Origin: Glaucostegus cemiculus
Taxonomy: Eukaryota
NCBI GenBank assembly: GCA_976551045.1
Contig: CDPCPM010000078.1
Location: 2,604,001 to 2,668,000 of the forward strand
Length of the DNA stretch: 64,000 nt
Direction: 5' to 3'
Position numbers and translations under genes: made by a program. This document shows positions 1-13,010 of this stretch, in pieces. The number at the start of each line of letters is the position of its first letter. The first letter of the stretch is position 1. Below the pieces are notes generated by a model that ran no database searches, was not told the origin of the DNA, and saw only the letters and a list, made by a program, of their open reading frames with translations.

Positions 1-589
1 TACATAAGGGTATGAGTGCCCTCCCTCTATGAATGCCTATGTTTTTGGAGCACTGTAGTGCAGCCAAACCCCTCTCCTCTCCGACTGCTGAAATGACAAA
101 CTTGCAAGTGTGAGTTACCAAAACTGAAAGCTTCCCCTACTTTGCCAGGATGGCTTCTCTTGACTTTTGGAAGATATCATTGAGAAGTAAAAGGCCATGG
201 ACAATTGGAAAGAGCTCCAGTCAACAACCAAGCAGAAGTGCCTGAATTACTCTCATTGCAGAAATTACAAACAGCCTCACTCCCCAAAACACAGCCTCAA
301 GGTTCTCACAAAGGTACACCACACGTGACACTTTGGTAGGAGGCTGCTGGAAGCACTTTGGGGTGTGGTGCTGCCCATCCCAGTTGAGTTTTGGCAGTAA
401 GTTGTGTAGAACTCTGCCTATGCTTGAGGGAGAAATGTGTCTGACCCTTTAAATAACATTGAGCCATCTCCATTATTAAAAGGTGTTTATATTTGAATGA
501 GACCAATGCTAATCATGATGCAGACCAATGTTGTGGAAAATCCCAATCTAGACTAATTTTGGGCATTGCACAGATGCCAGAACACATAA

Positions 590-850
590 CGGGGACACAA
601 GAGATTCTGATAATGCTGGAGTCTGGAGCAACACACACAAAAGTGCAGGAGGAACTCAGCAGGTCAGGCAGCATCTATGGAGGGAAATAAACAGTCGACA
701 GCTCGGGGCGCAACCCGTCATCAGGACTGGAAAGGAAGAGGACAGAAGCCAGAATGAAATGTTAAGGGGGAGGGCGAGGAGCACAGAATATAGGTAGGTG
801 GTAGGTGAGTCCAGGTGAGAGGGGGAAGGTAGGTGAGTGGGGGAGGAACA
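590..850 (-). mobile_element. Penelope-like element 3'/terminal-repeat fragment
   Basis: Reverse complement resembles the 3' region of the Penelope fragment at 28619-29157 (CAGTCCTGAnGA...GCTGAGTTCCTCC). Boundaries approximate. Confidence 0.55.
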
Positions 851-1955
851 TACAACATAGTGTGTCTTTGTTAGAACACAGCACAGGAACAGGCCCTTCG
901 GCCCACAATGTTGTAAACTAATACACCTAGTAATTAAGTGCTTAACCAAACCAGTCCCCTCTGCCTACACATGATGTCATCTAGGTGAGCGAGACAAATA
1001 CAAGAGAACATGGCTAGTGCACACCAATTACCCACAACAAGAGATCCATCTTTATTAATAACTGATGTAAATTCATGCTAAAATGTGCGCAAAATTGGTC
1101 AACACCATTTTCTTCTATGTAATGGCTATTCTATGGGTAGTTAACAGACAAATTTATAAGCCTGTGTATCTCATTGCCAGATATACTGTAGATCCAAAAA
1201 TCACTCACCACTGCACTCAGAATCTCATCATCATTCCTTGCAATAGGTTATGCACCAGAATTGGTCACAGTTGCGCTATACACCTCAGTACCTCTGAGGG
1301 CACTTTGTATATATACCTCACAGTCAGTCCCTGTCACGTTGCCTGTGCAAATTCCAACAATTCGCCACTTAATTCCATGCTGATCCTGAGATAATGAGGG
1401 TGCTGAGATCATGGGATAATACCAAAAAATTCATCAGGCATTGATACAACTAACATTGCTCCCTCTAACTGGTTATCCTGACTGCATCATGGCCTGCTTG
1501 ATGCATTGCACGCTACAAAATGGGCTGTTACACTGTCAGCTTCTCAAAAATAAGTTTGTCCTATCAGTCTCTGTAGTAGCACACCACAAAGTTTGCAGTG
1601 GGTACATACTAAAGCCACCAGTGTGTCTGAGTAATACTTTCCATGTATTTCACTGATAACCCACTGTTATAGCTTGACTGTCTTCAGTCATTCTATCCCC
1701 AGCACCCCACACACTGCTCTCCCTTACACCCCATATACATCCATATACTTATACACACTCACACACCCATATCCATATACACCAATACCCTACCAATACC
1801 ACTGTGTGTCCAACCCACAACCCTCCATCACACCCTGCGTATGTCCCACCCACTACCTTCCAACAGCACGCTGATTGCCCTCCACCCCCCAGTTTAATCA
1901 ATGCAGAATACCACTTACACATTGGGGCAATACTGGGCAAGAGGCACCTACTAAC

Positions 1956-2047
1956 CATTTTCTGCATGTTGGCTGCAGGAGGTTGCACTTTGCTCCTGAG
2001 ACGGTTGTGGTGAGCCAGGATGGCAAAACGCTCTTTAGGCGCCAACT
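1956..2047 (-). CDS. clec18a: Coding exon 2 of a CAP/SCP-domain secreted protein, C-type lectin domain family 18 member A-like
   Basis: Acceptor tttcttgtttcag|AG, donor ATG|gttagt, 92 bp. Encodes (E)LAPKERFAILAHHNRLRSKVQPPAANMQKM, matching the CLEC18 CAP-domain start (human HNRLRSWVQPPAADMRRL, from memory). Phase 1 agrees with the upstream exon. Later exons were not found in 1-1955. Confidence 0.85.
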
Positions 2048-2337
2048 CTGAAACAAGAAAGCGATGAAAGTATAAAAATGCAAATGTCAGACATGGTCTG
2101 AAATCTCCATGGTGACGGAATGTGTCTCAAAAGCTCCAATTCTGCGCCGTGGATTTGCATGAGGCAAAGATTAACCGCGCTAGTCTACTTATTCACGTTA
2201 ACTGCTTCAAATAAACCATGGAAACTTCAAGGTGAAATTCACACAATTTGCAAACTTCGACCCCAACACGCCCCTTTTTGTTTTTGTTTTGCACAATTTT
2301 TCAATAAGATATTGACGCCGTTTCGCTCACCAGCACA

Positions 2338-2549
2338 ACAGATGTTTGCGCAACCTGCAAACTTACACCGAAGTTTTACAAGAGAGAAATAAAGCCTTGT
2401 TATTAAACAGATGAAAATGTTTGCAACCTGCAAACTTACACCGAAGTGTTATAAGAAATAAAGCCTTGTTATTAAACAGATGAAAATGTTTGCAACCTGC
2501 AAACTTACACCGAAGGTTTTTAAGAGAGAAATAAAGCCTTGTTATTAAT
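2338..2549. repeat. Tandem repeat, ~70 bp unit x3, in intron 1 of clec18a-like
   Basis: GCAACCTGCAAACTTACACCGAAG...AAATAAAGCCTTGTTATTAA recurs three times at ~69-72 bp spacing. Confidence 0.92.
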
Positions 2550-2616
2550 CAGAACCGCCCGCTAGAAATAAAAGCAGGTCTTTAAGAAGTGGTGTAGATC
2601 TTTAAATCAAGTGTAC

Positions 2617-2767
2617 CTCGACCCAATGCACGATCCGCGGGATGGGACTCCGAGACAGCCCGGCTGATTTTATCTTTCAGATCCCAGCTGAAGCTGCCTT
2701 TCCCTGGTGGTGTTGCCGCCGCCGCCAGGCTGGCGAGAAGGATCGGTAACAGCGTTGGCCGTTTCAT
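2617..2767 (-). CDS. clec18a: Coding exon 1 (signal peptide) of clec18a-like
   Basis: ATG at 2767 gives MKRPTLLPILLASLAAAATPPG..., a basic N-terminus, hydrophobic core and Ala-rich cleavage region. 151 bp ending at donor CGAG|gtacac (phase 1), splicing in frame to 1956-2047. Confidence 0.8.
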
Positions 2768-3060
2768 CTGGGTCTGAGCGCTGCTCAGAGCAGAAGCTGC
2801 AGCGCTGCCGTTTGACACCGATGTCTCTTTTCGACTCGTGCGGTGAAGCACGGAGCGGTGAACCAAACAGCGAGAGAGAGAGAGAGAGGAGCAAGGCAGT
2901 TCAGTAGGTAGAATCCCGTCACCACTACCACTGGTTGCTACACGCACAGCCGACCGCACACTGCAAGTACTTTCAAGTCATTTACCCGGCGACAGGGGCG
3001 CACACTGTATTCTGTGGTAAAAGATGCACAATGCGCGCCAGGCGGTGACTCCATCCGAGG
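2768..3060 (-). promoter_or_regulatory. CpG-rich promoter/5'UTR of clec18a-like with a (GA)n microsatellite at ~2872-2890
   Basis: High CpG density in a CpG-depleted background, immediately upstream of the start codon. Confidence 0.6.
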
Positions 3061-3084
3061 CACAGTTAGGTATTACAGAATGAA

Positions 3085-3620
3085 TCATTAAACATTGTAA
3101 CGTGAAATAATTGCAAACAGGGACCAGTTAGATATTGCACCGTGCAATTCATAGGCAATGTACAGTAAGTTCATTGCAGACAGGTAGAAGGTAGACATCG
3201 CACCACGGGGTAATTGTAAACTGGGAGTTAGACTGCGCGGTGCAGTAATTGCAAACTCAGTAGCTAAACACTGCACCATGTAATAACTGCACCCAGGATA
3301 TAGCCAGACATCGCGGTGTGCATTAATTGCAAGCGGGCAGTTGTTAGACTCGTCGTACAATAATTGCAAACAGTGTGGTTAGATATTGCATCATATAATG
3401 ATTGCAGCCAGGCAATATAGGTTGTACTGTGGTTCAATTGCAAACAGTTTGTACTGACACACCAAAGCCTGCAATAATTGCAAATAGACTGCACCAGGCA
3501 ATGGTTGCATCCAAGGAACAGATGATACACTATTTATTGCAACAGGTAATATTTAGATATAGCCCCATGTTATAATTGCAAACAGGTAGTAATTAAACAT
3601 CACACCAATCTGCATTACAT
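3085..3620. repeat. Degenerate minisatellite, ~37-41 bp unit
   Basis: TAATTGCAAACAG...TAGATATTGCAC-like units recur about a dozen times. Confidence 0.7.
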
Positions 3621-3659
3621 CTAATGTTAAGGTGCACACTAGAACCTGTTAAAACGATG

Positions 3660-4995
3660 TCAGTTTGAATTTTCCAACATTCCCTAGATTTGGGGAAGGT
3701 TCCATTGGATTGGAAAACAGCAAATACAACTTCTTCATTCAAAAAGGGAGGGAGGCAGGAAGCAGTAAACTGCAAGTCAGTTGGCTTAACATCCGTCATA
3801 GGAGAAAATATAGAAAGCTGTTGTCTGAGATGTCACAGCAGAGCACTTAGAAAAATCAAAGTAATCATCAGCTTGGTTTTGTGAAAGGGGAATTATGTTT
3901 GGCCAACCTATTGGAGCTCTTTAAAGATGTAACATTTGCTGTGAATAAAGGGGAAAGAAAAAGACGGTGTAGGAGTAATATATGAGTGTGGCTAGAGGAC
4001 TGGCTGGCTGACAGAAGCAAGTAGACATAAATGGGTCTTCTTTTAGTTGGCAAGATGTAATGAGTGGTGTGCCACAGGGGTCAGTATTAAAGCCTCAGCT
4101 TCTTAGAACTGGAAGTAGGCATCAAAGATATACTTGCTAACTTTTCCAATGCCAGAACGATAAGTAAGAAAGTAAGTTGTGATCAGGTGCAACAAACCAT
4201 ATACTGGAGGAACTCAGCTGGTCCAGCAGCATCTGTGAGGGTACAGGAATTATCGACGGGATAATTAAGTGAGTGGGTAAAGATTTAGCAAAAGGAGTAT
4301 CATGTGGGATAACTTGAAAGTGTCCATTTTGGCAGGATAAATAAAAGCAGCAGCACATTATGGGTGAGAGATTGCAGAGCTCTGAGAGGCAAAGGTGTCT
4401 GGGTCTCCTTATTCTGGAAAGTTTGATATGCAGCTACAGCGAGTAATTGAATAATGCTATTTTCTGTTACTGAGGAAATACAGAAGCAGGGAGGTTACGC
4501 TGCAATTTTATATAGCATTGGTGAGAACACATCTGGAGTACCATGTACAGCATTGATCTCCTTATTTAAGAAAGGATGTTAATACATTGGAAACAGTTCA
4601 GACAAGGTACACTAGATGGATACATGGAATGTATGTGTTGTCTTAGGAGGAAAGATTGGATAGGCCAGGATTGTATCTGCTGGAGTTTAGAAGAGTGAGA
4701 GAGGCCTTCAATGAAATATTTATGTTTCTAAGGAATTTTGACATGGTAGATGTGGAGAGAATCTAGAATTAGGGTCACAGTTTAAAAGTAAGGTTTTGCC
4801 CATTTAAGACAAAGACAGCATTTTTTACTTGAAAAGTATTTAACTTTCTTCCTCACAGTGCAGTGGAGGCAGAGTCTTTGAATATTTTAAGGCTGAAGTA
4901 GATCGATTCTTTTGACAAGTAAGGGGGTGTAAGGTTACCACAGGTAGACAAGAGTTGAGGTTAAATCAGGTGAGCCATGTGCTTATTAAATGGCC
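3660..4995 (+). mobile_element. Degraded CR1 LINE (ORF2 to 3' end)
   Basis: Remnant KVPLDWKTANTTSSFKKGGRQEAVNCKSVGLTSVIG parallels MVPEDWRVANVVPLYKKGGRQHKGNYRPISLTSVVG in the CR1 at 41266. Many stops and indels. Confidence 0.8.
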
Positions 4996-5193
4996 AACAT
5001 GTGGTTCCATAGTTACTCTCCATCCCTAATTGCCAAAAGAGGAGGTAGAAATGGCCTTGAAACACTGCACTCTTGCAAGGTGCTCTCACAGTACTGGTAA
5101 CAAGTTCAAAGATACTAATGCAGGGAAATGCTAGGGTTAGATTCTGTGGTCACGAGTGAAGGAAAATCTACTCAATGTCTTACTCAGATAAAG

Positions 5194-5603
5194 TGTCACA
5201 ATGTTGATTGAGGAGCAAGATCACAGAGAACCCAAATGCAGCACATTGGTACAAGACTGGAATCAGGATACTTCCTCAGGACTGGACACAGGCAACACTG
5301 GAAGGAAATCTTGCCTCAGAGATCTGAGTAGTAATCCCAACACAAACTGAATCTTCAAGCAGGACTAGAGAATACAGGACTGCTCTAGAGTAGACCACTC
5401 TAAGCAGCTAAGAACCAAACTGAATCTTCAAGCTTGACCAATCCTCTGGCAACTAGTGCTAGAGAAACTCAGGTACTTATGCTAGGCCCCCTGATGGGGC
5501 TCAGGTGTGTGTCATTATGCAATCAGTCCAGCATTGAATCAATGAGCTGTACAATGAGGCATCTAAGGAGCCAAATCAAGGGCCAGTACTCAGAATCATG
5601 ACA
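5194..5603. mobile_element. Solo LTR (410 bp) with 5 bp target-site duplication
   Basis: Termini TGTCA...TGACA; flanked by TAAAG at 5189-5193 and 5604-5608; internal repeat AAACTGAATCTTCAAGC. Confidence 0.7.
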
Positions 5604-5684
5604 TAAAGGTTTTTGAGAAGCGACTTGTTTACTTGAGAACCTTTGAAAGCAACACCCACAGCAAGGAACCTGTGGCTTTTTAAA

Positions 5685-6030
5685 ATTTATTTTTTGGGAT
5701 CTGGGCAAGGCCAGCATTTATTTTCCATCTCTAATTGCCCATGAGAAGGTGGCAGTGAGCCACCTTCTTGAACATTTGCAGTCCGTCTAGTGAAGGTACT
5801 GCCAGGGCCCTGTGGGGCGGTGAGTTCCAGGACTTAGACCCAGCAAATGATAAAGGATAGGTGATATGTTTCCAGGCGAGGACGGTGTGGAATTTAGCAG
5901 TAAAAGTTTCAGATTTGAGAGGTGCTGTCAGTGTAGCTTAGGTAGGTAACTGTGGTGCATTTTGCATATGATGCCCACTGCAGACACTATTGCAGTGGTG
6001 GTGGGAAGAATTAATATTCAGGGAGGTGAT
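5685..6030 (-). mobile_element. Interspersed repeat, probable LINE 3' end (related copies ~16230-16400, ~21280-21500, ~25000-25220)
   Basis: GGCAAGGCCAGCATTTATT...CTAATTGCCCnTGAGAAG...CTTCTTGAAC recurs in the window. Family not assigned. Confidence 0.55.
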
Positions 6031-6254
6031 AGGGGAATTTTTGTGGTATGAACCTGTATAGCTAGAAATTCCTTTCTCGGAATCTACTGGCATTAAAACA
6101 GTGTAATGCTGACAATAATTTTAAAAGACCTGCACAATCTCAATCTCCTAACGTAAAATTGCCAGATCAGAGTTGTTGGTGTGAAGTGCACGAGGTCAGT
6201 TTCAGTGCATACCATTGTTTTGATCTGTTGCAAGATCTCACTTCTGGGGAGGGT

Positions 6255-6625
6255 GAATCAGATCATGAGGGGCATAGACAGGGTGAATGCACACAGCTTT
6301 TTTTCCCCCAGGGAAGGAGAACTAAAAACTAGAGGGCGTAGGTTTAAGGTGAGGGGTGTAAGATTTAAAAGGGACCTGAGGGACAATTTCTTCACACAGA
6401 GGGTGGTGCGTATGTGGAATGAGTTGTCAGAGAAAGTGGTTGAGGCAGATTCTATAACAAAATCAAAAAGATATTTGGGTAAGTACATGGATAGGAAAGG
6501 ATTAGAGGGACACAGGCCAAACATGGGCAAATGGGACCAGCTTGGTGGGCACCATGGTTGGCATGGACAAGTTGGGCTGAAGGGCCTGTTTCCATGCTGT
6601 ATTACTCTGTGATTCTATGAATCTA
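6255..6625 (+). mobile_element. CR1 LINE 3' fragment
   Basis: IMRGIDRV...KTRGRRFKVRG...FFTQRVVRMWNELSE is the CR1 ORF2 C-terminus; followed by an ATTCTRTG-type tail. Confidence 0.88.
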
Positions 6626-9600
6626 TAAATACTGGCATTTAGCCTCACAGATCCATCCTCAAGATGCAATCCATTGTGGGACATGTGAAGAATACAAGTA
6701 GCACCCTCTAGCCACTGGAGAGTGTTGCTGGGTGAAGAATGGATACTGCCATGATGGATGAAGGGATTCTCAGGGGCTCAAAGGGAGCCTGAGCAGGTGC
6801 TGGCAGAGAACAATATCCACAAGAGGCATGCCTTTTGTGTAAGGGGGCCACCACGACCCTCTAAGGCTATAGGCAGGAGCAACTGGCAAGAGGTTGCCCA
6901 TTAAAGAGGACCAAATAAGTCCCAGTCTTAAGTGTGAGGAGTGGGTAGATGAAGTTGTGAGGCTGCAGAGAGCTGTGAAGTAGGATGGCAAAGAATGGAG
7001 TTTGGTCCATTTGTTGGCCCTTCAAATGATCCAAAGATCAAACAGTTCATGTGTACAAACATGAACAGACATTTTTCATACTACAAGATTGAAAATCATG
7101 TGGGCAAAGACTAGTGGACATTGCACTACTGTTAATAAAACCTAGGGAAGTTTTATGTCTGAACAATATTTCCAGTAATAATGAAAATCCTGGTAGAAAG
7201 TCAGGGGTTGAATTTTTCTCTCTCTGTTAAGTGCTGCAGAAATAGGTGTCATTGATCCATTCCAGGATAAGCCTATTTTCAATGGCAAGCACATATTTTT
7301 TCAGCATTGTACGAATGAGTTTCTAGTCTGAGTCTCTCCTGCCAAGTAGACTGTAAAATCTTTACAGAAACTCAATCAAACCAGGAACTATAAATTAGAA
7401 CTTTGAATTCAATGTGAAATTGTGTATTGAAATTGAAATGGAAGGGAGGAAAGATGGACATTAAAAGAAATATAAAATATGCAGAAAGTAAAACCAGAAG
7501 ATCAAAAAGAAATTTCCACCTATAATTAAAAGCTGAAGGACTGAGAGTTCAAGTTAGCAATTGGGAGGTAGTTTGGCTCTGCTAAAAATTCACAAACCTA
7601 AATGCACCAGTCCAACTTATTCTGGTGTGTTTGGTGGGTTTTCACTGGTAAGTACCACTAATCACAGCTTTGTCTATGTAATGATTGAAGCTCTCAGCAT
7701 GGTACCTATGTAGTGAAGCTTATGAGCGAGCCCACTGAAGAGAACAATGACACACCCATTTTCATGTTAAGCTGCATATTTCCAGATGTTAGAAGTAGCT
7801 ACTCAATTTATTCCATCATAATGGTGAACCCTGATGGTCTCACCATTATTCATTGTGCAGAATTAACGGCAATAGTGAGATGGGATATCCCTTTATTATT
7901 TCCTATGTGTTACAGTTTATTTAAAGTCTTGAACAGTAACTACAGAAAACAAGGGATGATGTAACTCCCTGGTACATGTTAGATCTGCATTCTTTGCACA
8001 CTTATGACACATACTCAGTAATCGTTCATTCAAGAATCTAATTGATTGTTTCCTCAATAATTATAGAGTAGATTGAGGGTTATAGAATTAGCCGCAAATT
8101 AGTTAATCAGATTGAAAATTAGTTCAGCAATAGAAAAGGGGCAACAGTAAACGTAAAGGAACTGGTGGCATTCAATAGAGAAATGCCCTAATCTTACTTC
8201 ATTTATAGTAGCCTGCCCATTGCTCAGTAGATAACACTGAATTAGAGTGGAGCAAGGCTCAGTATCACAGTATAAATGATTTCTAGTTATAATGCATGCT
8301 GACATTCCAGGGTTTCACTGAGGGAATGCAAGGGGTGATATCCCTCAGAAGAGATGTTATTTTGAGGCTTCATCTGTTCATCAAGCATGCATAATATTAC
8401 TTTGAAGAGTTTAACAGGTAACTTGGTCAATATTTATCTCTTAGCCAAAATTACTAACAGATGATCCTGCCTCTACTGTTTCTTTCCCTTAGCATATCCA
8501 GACTGGATACTGCTTTTCTTACCTTAGAGGGGTGCCACCATTTCATAAGCACTTAATTGGTTGCACAGTATTTTGAAATGTCCTGAAGTCATGAAAGGAA
8601 TTTTATAAATGAAATGCATTATTTCTTCACATGATGAAGGAAGCATTTGTAATATTACAGAACCTGCTGACGTCATATACTTTGCGACTAAGAGATTATG
8701 TTAAGAAGAATTAATGCAATCTCTAGAAACTGTAGTAACTAAAGTGGGGGTTGGGGGCGTGAGGAGCTGGCCCTATTGGAGACAAGTCCAATGTATCTTT
8801 AACATCTGGGGTCTTGCACTGTGAGAGCCACAGTCTGATCAAGCAACAGAGGCATAGTCACCATGGTTGAATCATCCCCATTCACAGATTCTTCCATCTT
8901 CATTCCTGGGTAAGCAATGCCTCACTGGCATTGAATTGAGACACAAGGATACAAAAACATTGGAGCAGGAATAAGCCACTTGGCCACTCAAGCTTGCCCC
9001 ATCATTTAGTATGATTGTGGCTGATCATTATTGTAAATCATATCACATGCAGAAGGAGGCTATTTGGCCCATCATGTATATGCTGGCTCTCGCTGCAAAT
9101 ATTTCCTTTCCGATTGCCTCTGAAAGTTTCTGTGGATGCTGTTCCCACTACCCTTTCAGACAGTGCATCCTGGATCATAACAACTCAGAGTGTAAAGTAA
9201 ATTAATCTAATTCACACTTCTACTCATCACCACAATACCTCCTCCACCTCTCATCGTCTGATGCCAGTTGGCCTGAGGACAATTTTCTGTGAAGTTCTCC
9301 TCTTTCAATCACAAATCTCCATCTTTTCAAATTTCATTCACAGGCTCTATGTAGACTTGCAGATTATCAATCTTTCCATGTGGAAACTATCCTAGGATTT
9401 GGATTGGTTTCAATTCACGTAGTACAGACAAAACAGGTTAAGAGCATAAGCTGAATGTACTATTTGCAAAATGAGTGCATTAAGAGTATGCAGAAGGTTC
9501 AAGGACTATTTCTGTCTCTAAGTAGTAGAGAGGCTCGCTGCAGTGATGCAAATACAAAGAATAATTACAAGAATTTAAGAAAAATTCTGAGAGAAATAGG

Positions 9601-11559
9601 TAATTCAACTACAAGGAGTTTATTTAACCTGCTCTGTTGAAACAGAGTGAGGGGCAGAACCACAAAATTAAAAAGCTTCAAGCACATTTTGTACTAGAAT
9701 GAATTGTTCTATGAAAGTGCAGTTACATTTCGCAAAAATGAACTGCTGGAAGAACTCAGTGGGTCGAGCAGCATCTGTGGAGGCAAAGGGATGGTCGACA
9801 TTTCAAGTTGCATCAGGACCTGTTACGTTGTGTATTTCCTGTCCTTGAGACATAATGCACACTACAGCTAAATGACTTTGGAAGTGTCCTCACTGTTGCA
9901 TTATGGGGGGTTAGAATGGGCTCTGCTTAAGTTAATAATGTCGCATTAGCTAGTAGATGTATCATTCTCAGACAATGGAAAGGAGTGTGATTTGTAAAGG
10001 TAAATGGAACGTGGACCATGATGGTTATTGGGATTATCTAATCACAATAACATCCACATCAATAATTTTCATCTAATGTAATACAACATAACAAGGTGCT
10101 TCACTGGAGCATTATCAGAGAAGATTTGATAACAGGCCACATATGGAAATGCAGGTAACCTAAAGCATATTCAATGAAAAATGTTTTAAGGTGTAATTTA
10201 AAAGAGGAGAGAAAGGCAGGGAGATCCAAGGAGGCAGCTCTCGATTCTAGAGAGCTAAGGGCAATTTGCCAATGGTTGAGGTAAAGGAAATTCAGTAGCT
10301 ATCTATTAGCTGAAGCCTGAAAGTGATTGCAAGTTTTTATTTTGTTCTAAGGTTTTGCTTACGAAAATTTTTAAAGAAAGTCCCTTCAAGAAATTCAATA
10401 TATATGATAAATAATGTGAAACATCCTGTATGGTCCTTGAACAAAGCAAGTGTAGTAACTTTATTCCAAGCTTTATGCTGTTTTGTTCATCAGCTTTAGT
10501 CAGATGCCACTGTCTATCTATTGAAGTAACTGTAATCAGCCACTAGGTACCGCTGACATCTGGACTTGTTGGTGAACATTATACATTAAAACCATTGCAG
10601 GGAGTAAAGCTTGAAATGTAGGCATGAGTCTTTGCATTGCATGAACAAGTGTACATCCATCTGCATGAATTGTGCACAACTGTATATGAAGTGTACGAAG
10701 AAGTGTATGTGCAGCTATGTTCATGCAGGAGTTTGTGTGCACATGTGTGTATGTGGACAAGAGTATGTGATAAGTGTATGTGTCCATGTGCATGCATGAA
10801 TGCGGGTGAGAAATATGAGTGCTTTATAATACTTTACACCAGTGAGAGTCTGATCACTTTTTCTGATCCCTTGCTTCTGAGGATTTATCAGTGATATGCA
10901 ATATTCTGTGGGAAGAATTCTAAAGGTAAAGAGGTACAGTATCTTTTTTGACTAGTGCAAGCATAAATGATCCTCTTGTTCACATTGCTATTTATTTGAA
11001 AATAATTCCATCTCCATAAAATACCTTAAAAAATTCATGGCTGAATTTAATAAGAGACATGAGTACTCTGAGGGTTGGGCACTGAGCCAACCCTTTAAGT
11101 ATTGTAAACCTTCCAACAAGATGAAGGTCAAGCCATGTACACAACAACATCACTCATTATGCAGCATCATTAATGCAGTACAAGTATCCCAGGGTTCTTA
11201 ACAAGAACATAATCAGTTAAAATTTGATGTCCAACCACATATTGAGCTGGACAACCAGAAGTTTGCACAAGGAAGTTTTAAGAAGGAAAGGGGGAGGGAG
11301 ATGAAACGATGGGGAGGCTTAAGGAGAGAATAATGATACATAGGACCCAGGCAGAATGAGGATAACCCTGATGATGGGGGTGAAGGAAATCAGAGGTGCA
11401 CAAGAGGACAGAATAGGAGAAAGATAGTTTGGGGGCTGGGGTAGATTCTTTTGTGGTCCTTCCCTTGGGGTTGGGAATGACTTGTTTCTTGTGGTATCTG
11501 AGATGGTCATAGGCTTCTACATAGGGTTTGCAGGCTCTGCCACATTTGGGCGAGCAGGT

Positions 11560-13010
11560 GTGTGATGGGTGGGTGGGTTGTGGGTTGTTTCTTTCTGTTG
11601 TCTTCTCTTGGCCTCCTTGCACACAAGTCGAAGAGACTAGAAGGGCTCAGTACCTTCCCAGATGCTCCTTGTCCATTGAGTGTAGTTAAGGGTCAAGGAT
11701 CCCCAGGATTTGGTGAGGATATTACATTTTTGCAAGGAAGCTTTGAGAATATCCTTGAAGCATTTTCTCATTCCCAAAAATCTCCTTCCGTGACAAGCTC
11801 GGTGTAGAGTTCCAATTTCGGGAGTCTGGTGCTAGGCATACAAGTGGTGTGGCTTGCCCATTGAACCCAGCTAAGTCTAATTAGAATCTCCGTATTGGGG
11901 CTGTTGGGGATTTTAGCCTGGACGAAGATGTTGATGTTGGTTCACTTACTCTCCCGGTGGATTTGGAGAATTTTATAGTGAGGGCATTCATGTTATCTCT
12001 CCAGTGTTTTCAGGTACCTATTGAAGGTTATCCAATCTCAAAGGCATACAGGACAGCGGGATAAATGCTGCCTAAGGTCCATGAGCTTAGCTGCTAGGGT
12101 TGAGGCATCAGAATATATTTCTCCTCAGAAGTCCAAAGGCTCTTCTGTCTCACTGGAAGCAATGAGCAGATTCAATATGGTTTTGCTGCGAGGTGGCTCC
12201 CAGATATGGAAAGGGATCCACATTTGTCATGGTCTCATCATTGATCTTTATTATCAGTGGCGTTTTTTGCAGCAAGGACCGACTGGCAGAAGTTCCTTGT
12301 TTTGTAGATGTTAAGTGCAAGACCCTTTCTTCCGTATATCTCTGTAGATGAGTTTGAAGTCAGAGTTGAAAGCTTTTTTGATGTTGAGAAAGGCCTTGGG
12401 TAGTGATAGTTCCTACTCTGTGCTTGCTAAGGTTGTAGCTAATATATCTGTTGATGGACTGAATCTACACTGCTGTTCAGAGGGCATCTCTTCATCCACC
12501 AGGAGAGGACAGGTGAAGAGGACCTTGGCAAAGAATGTTCTCCATGGCAGTCAGGAAGAAGACCCTTCTGAAATTACTTCAGTCAGATAATTCCTTTCTT
12601 GAAAATGGTCTTGATTGTAACTCGCCTGAAGTCACCTGCATGCTCTCGTCCCTGGTGAGGGAGATGAGATTGTAAATTCATGCCAGGTGTTCCTCTCTAA
12701 TAAGTTTGAGAGATGCAACATGGTTAGCATCTGCTCCAGGGTCCTTGTTGGTTTTCACCTTGTGAACCTCTTCTTTGGGCTGGGGTTGTGGTGATAGTAT
12801 ATTGTGGGATGGAGTCAAAGACACTTGAATCAAAGGCTGCTTCTTAATTGTGGAGATCATCGCAAAAAATCTTCTGGTGGCTTTTGACCACCTTTCTATC
12901 CTTGATAAGCTCTTCTCTGTTCTTAGTTCCTTGCAGGGTGGGCTATTGGGTGCTTAGGCCACCAGTAGTCTTGACAGCACTAACGAATCCATCCGTTCCA
13001 ACTCGACAAC
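11560..13010 (-). mobile_element. Degraded RTE-type LINE fragment
   Basis: Minus-strand remnants such as EEVHKVKTNKDPGAD and a KAFN-like RT motif. Heavily mutated. Confidence 0.5.

Noticed and set aside
306-506. TQLGWA as a further CAP-domain exon of clec18a-like
   Set aside because: Superficial match to the CAP HYTQLVWA motif; flanking conserved His and Cys residues and suitable splice sites are missing.
2582-2959. 125 aa single-exon ORF
   Set aside because: Only 2617-2767 is supported as coding; the rest is 5'UTR with a microsatellite and intron read-through.
10536-10894. Overlapping Cys/His/Val-rich ORFs
   Set aside because: Degenerate (TG)n low-complexity sequence.
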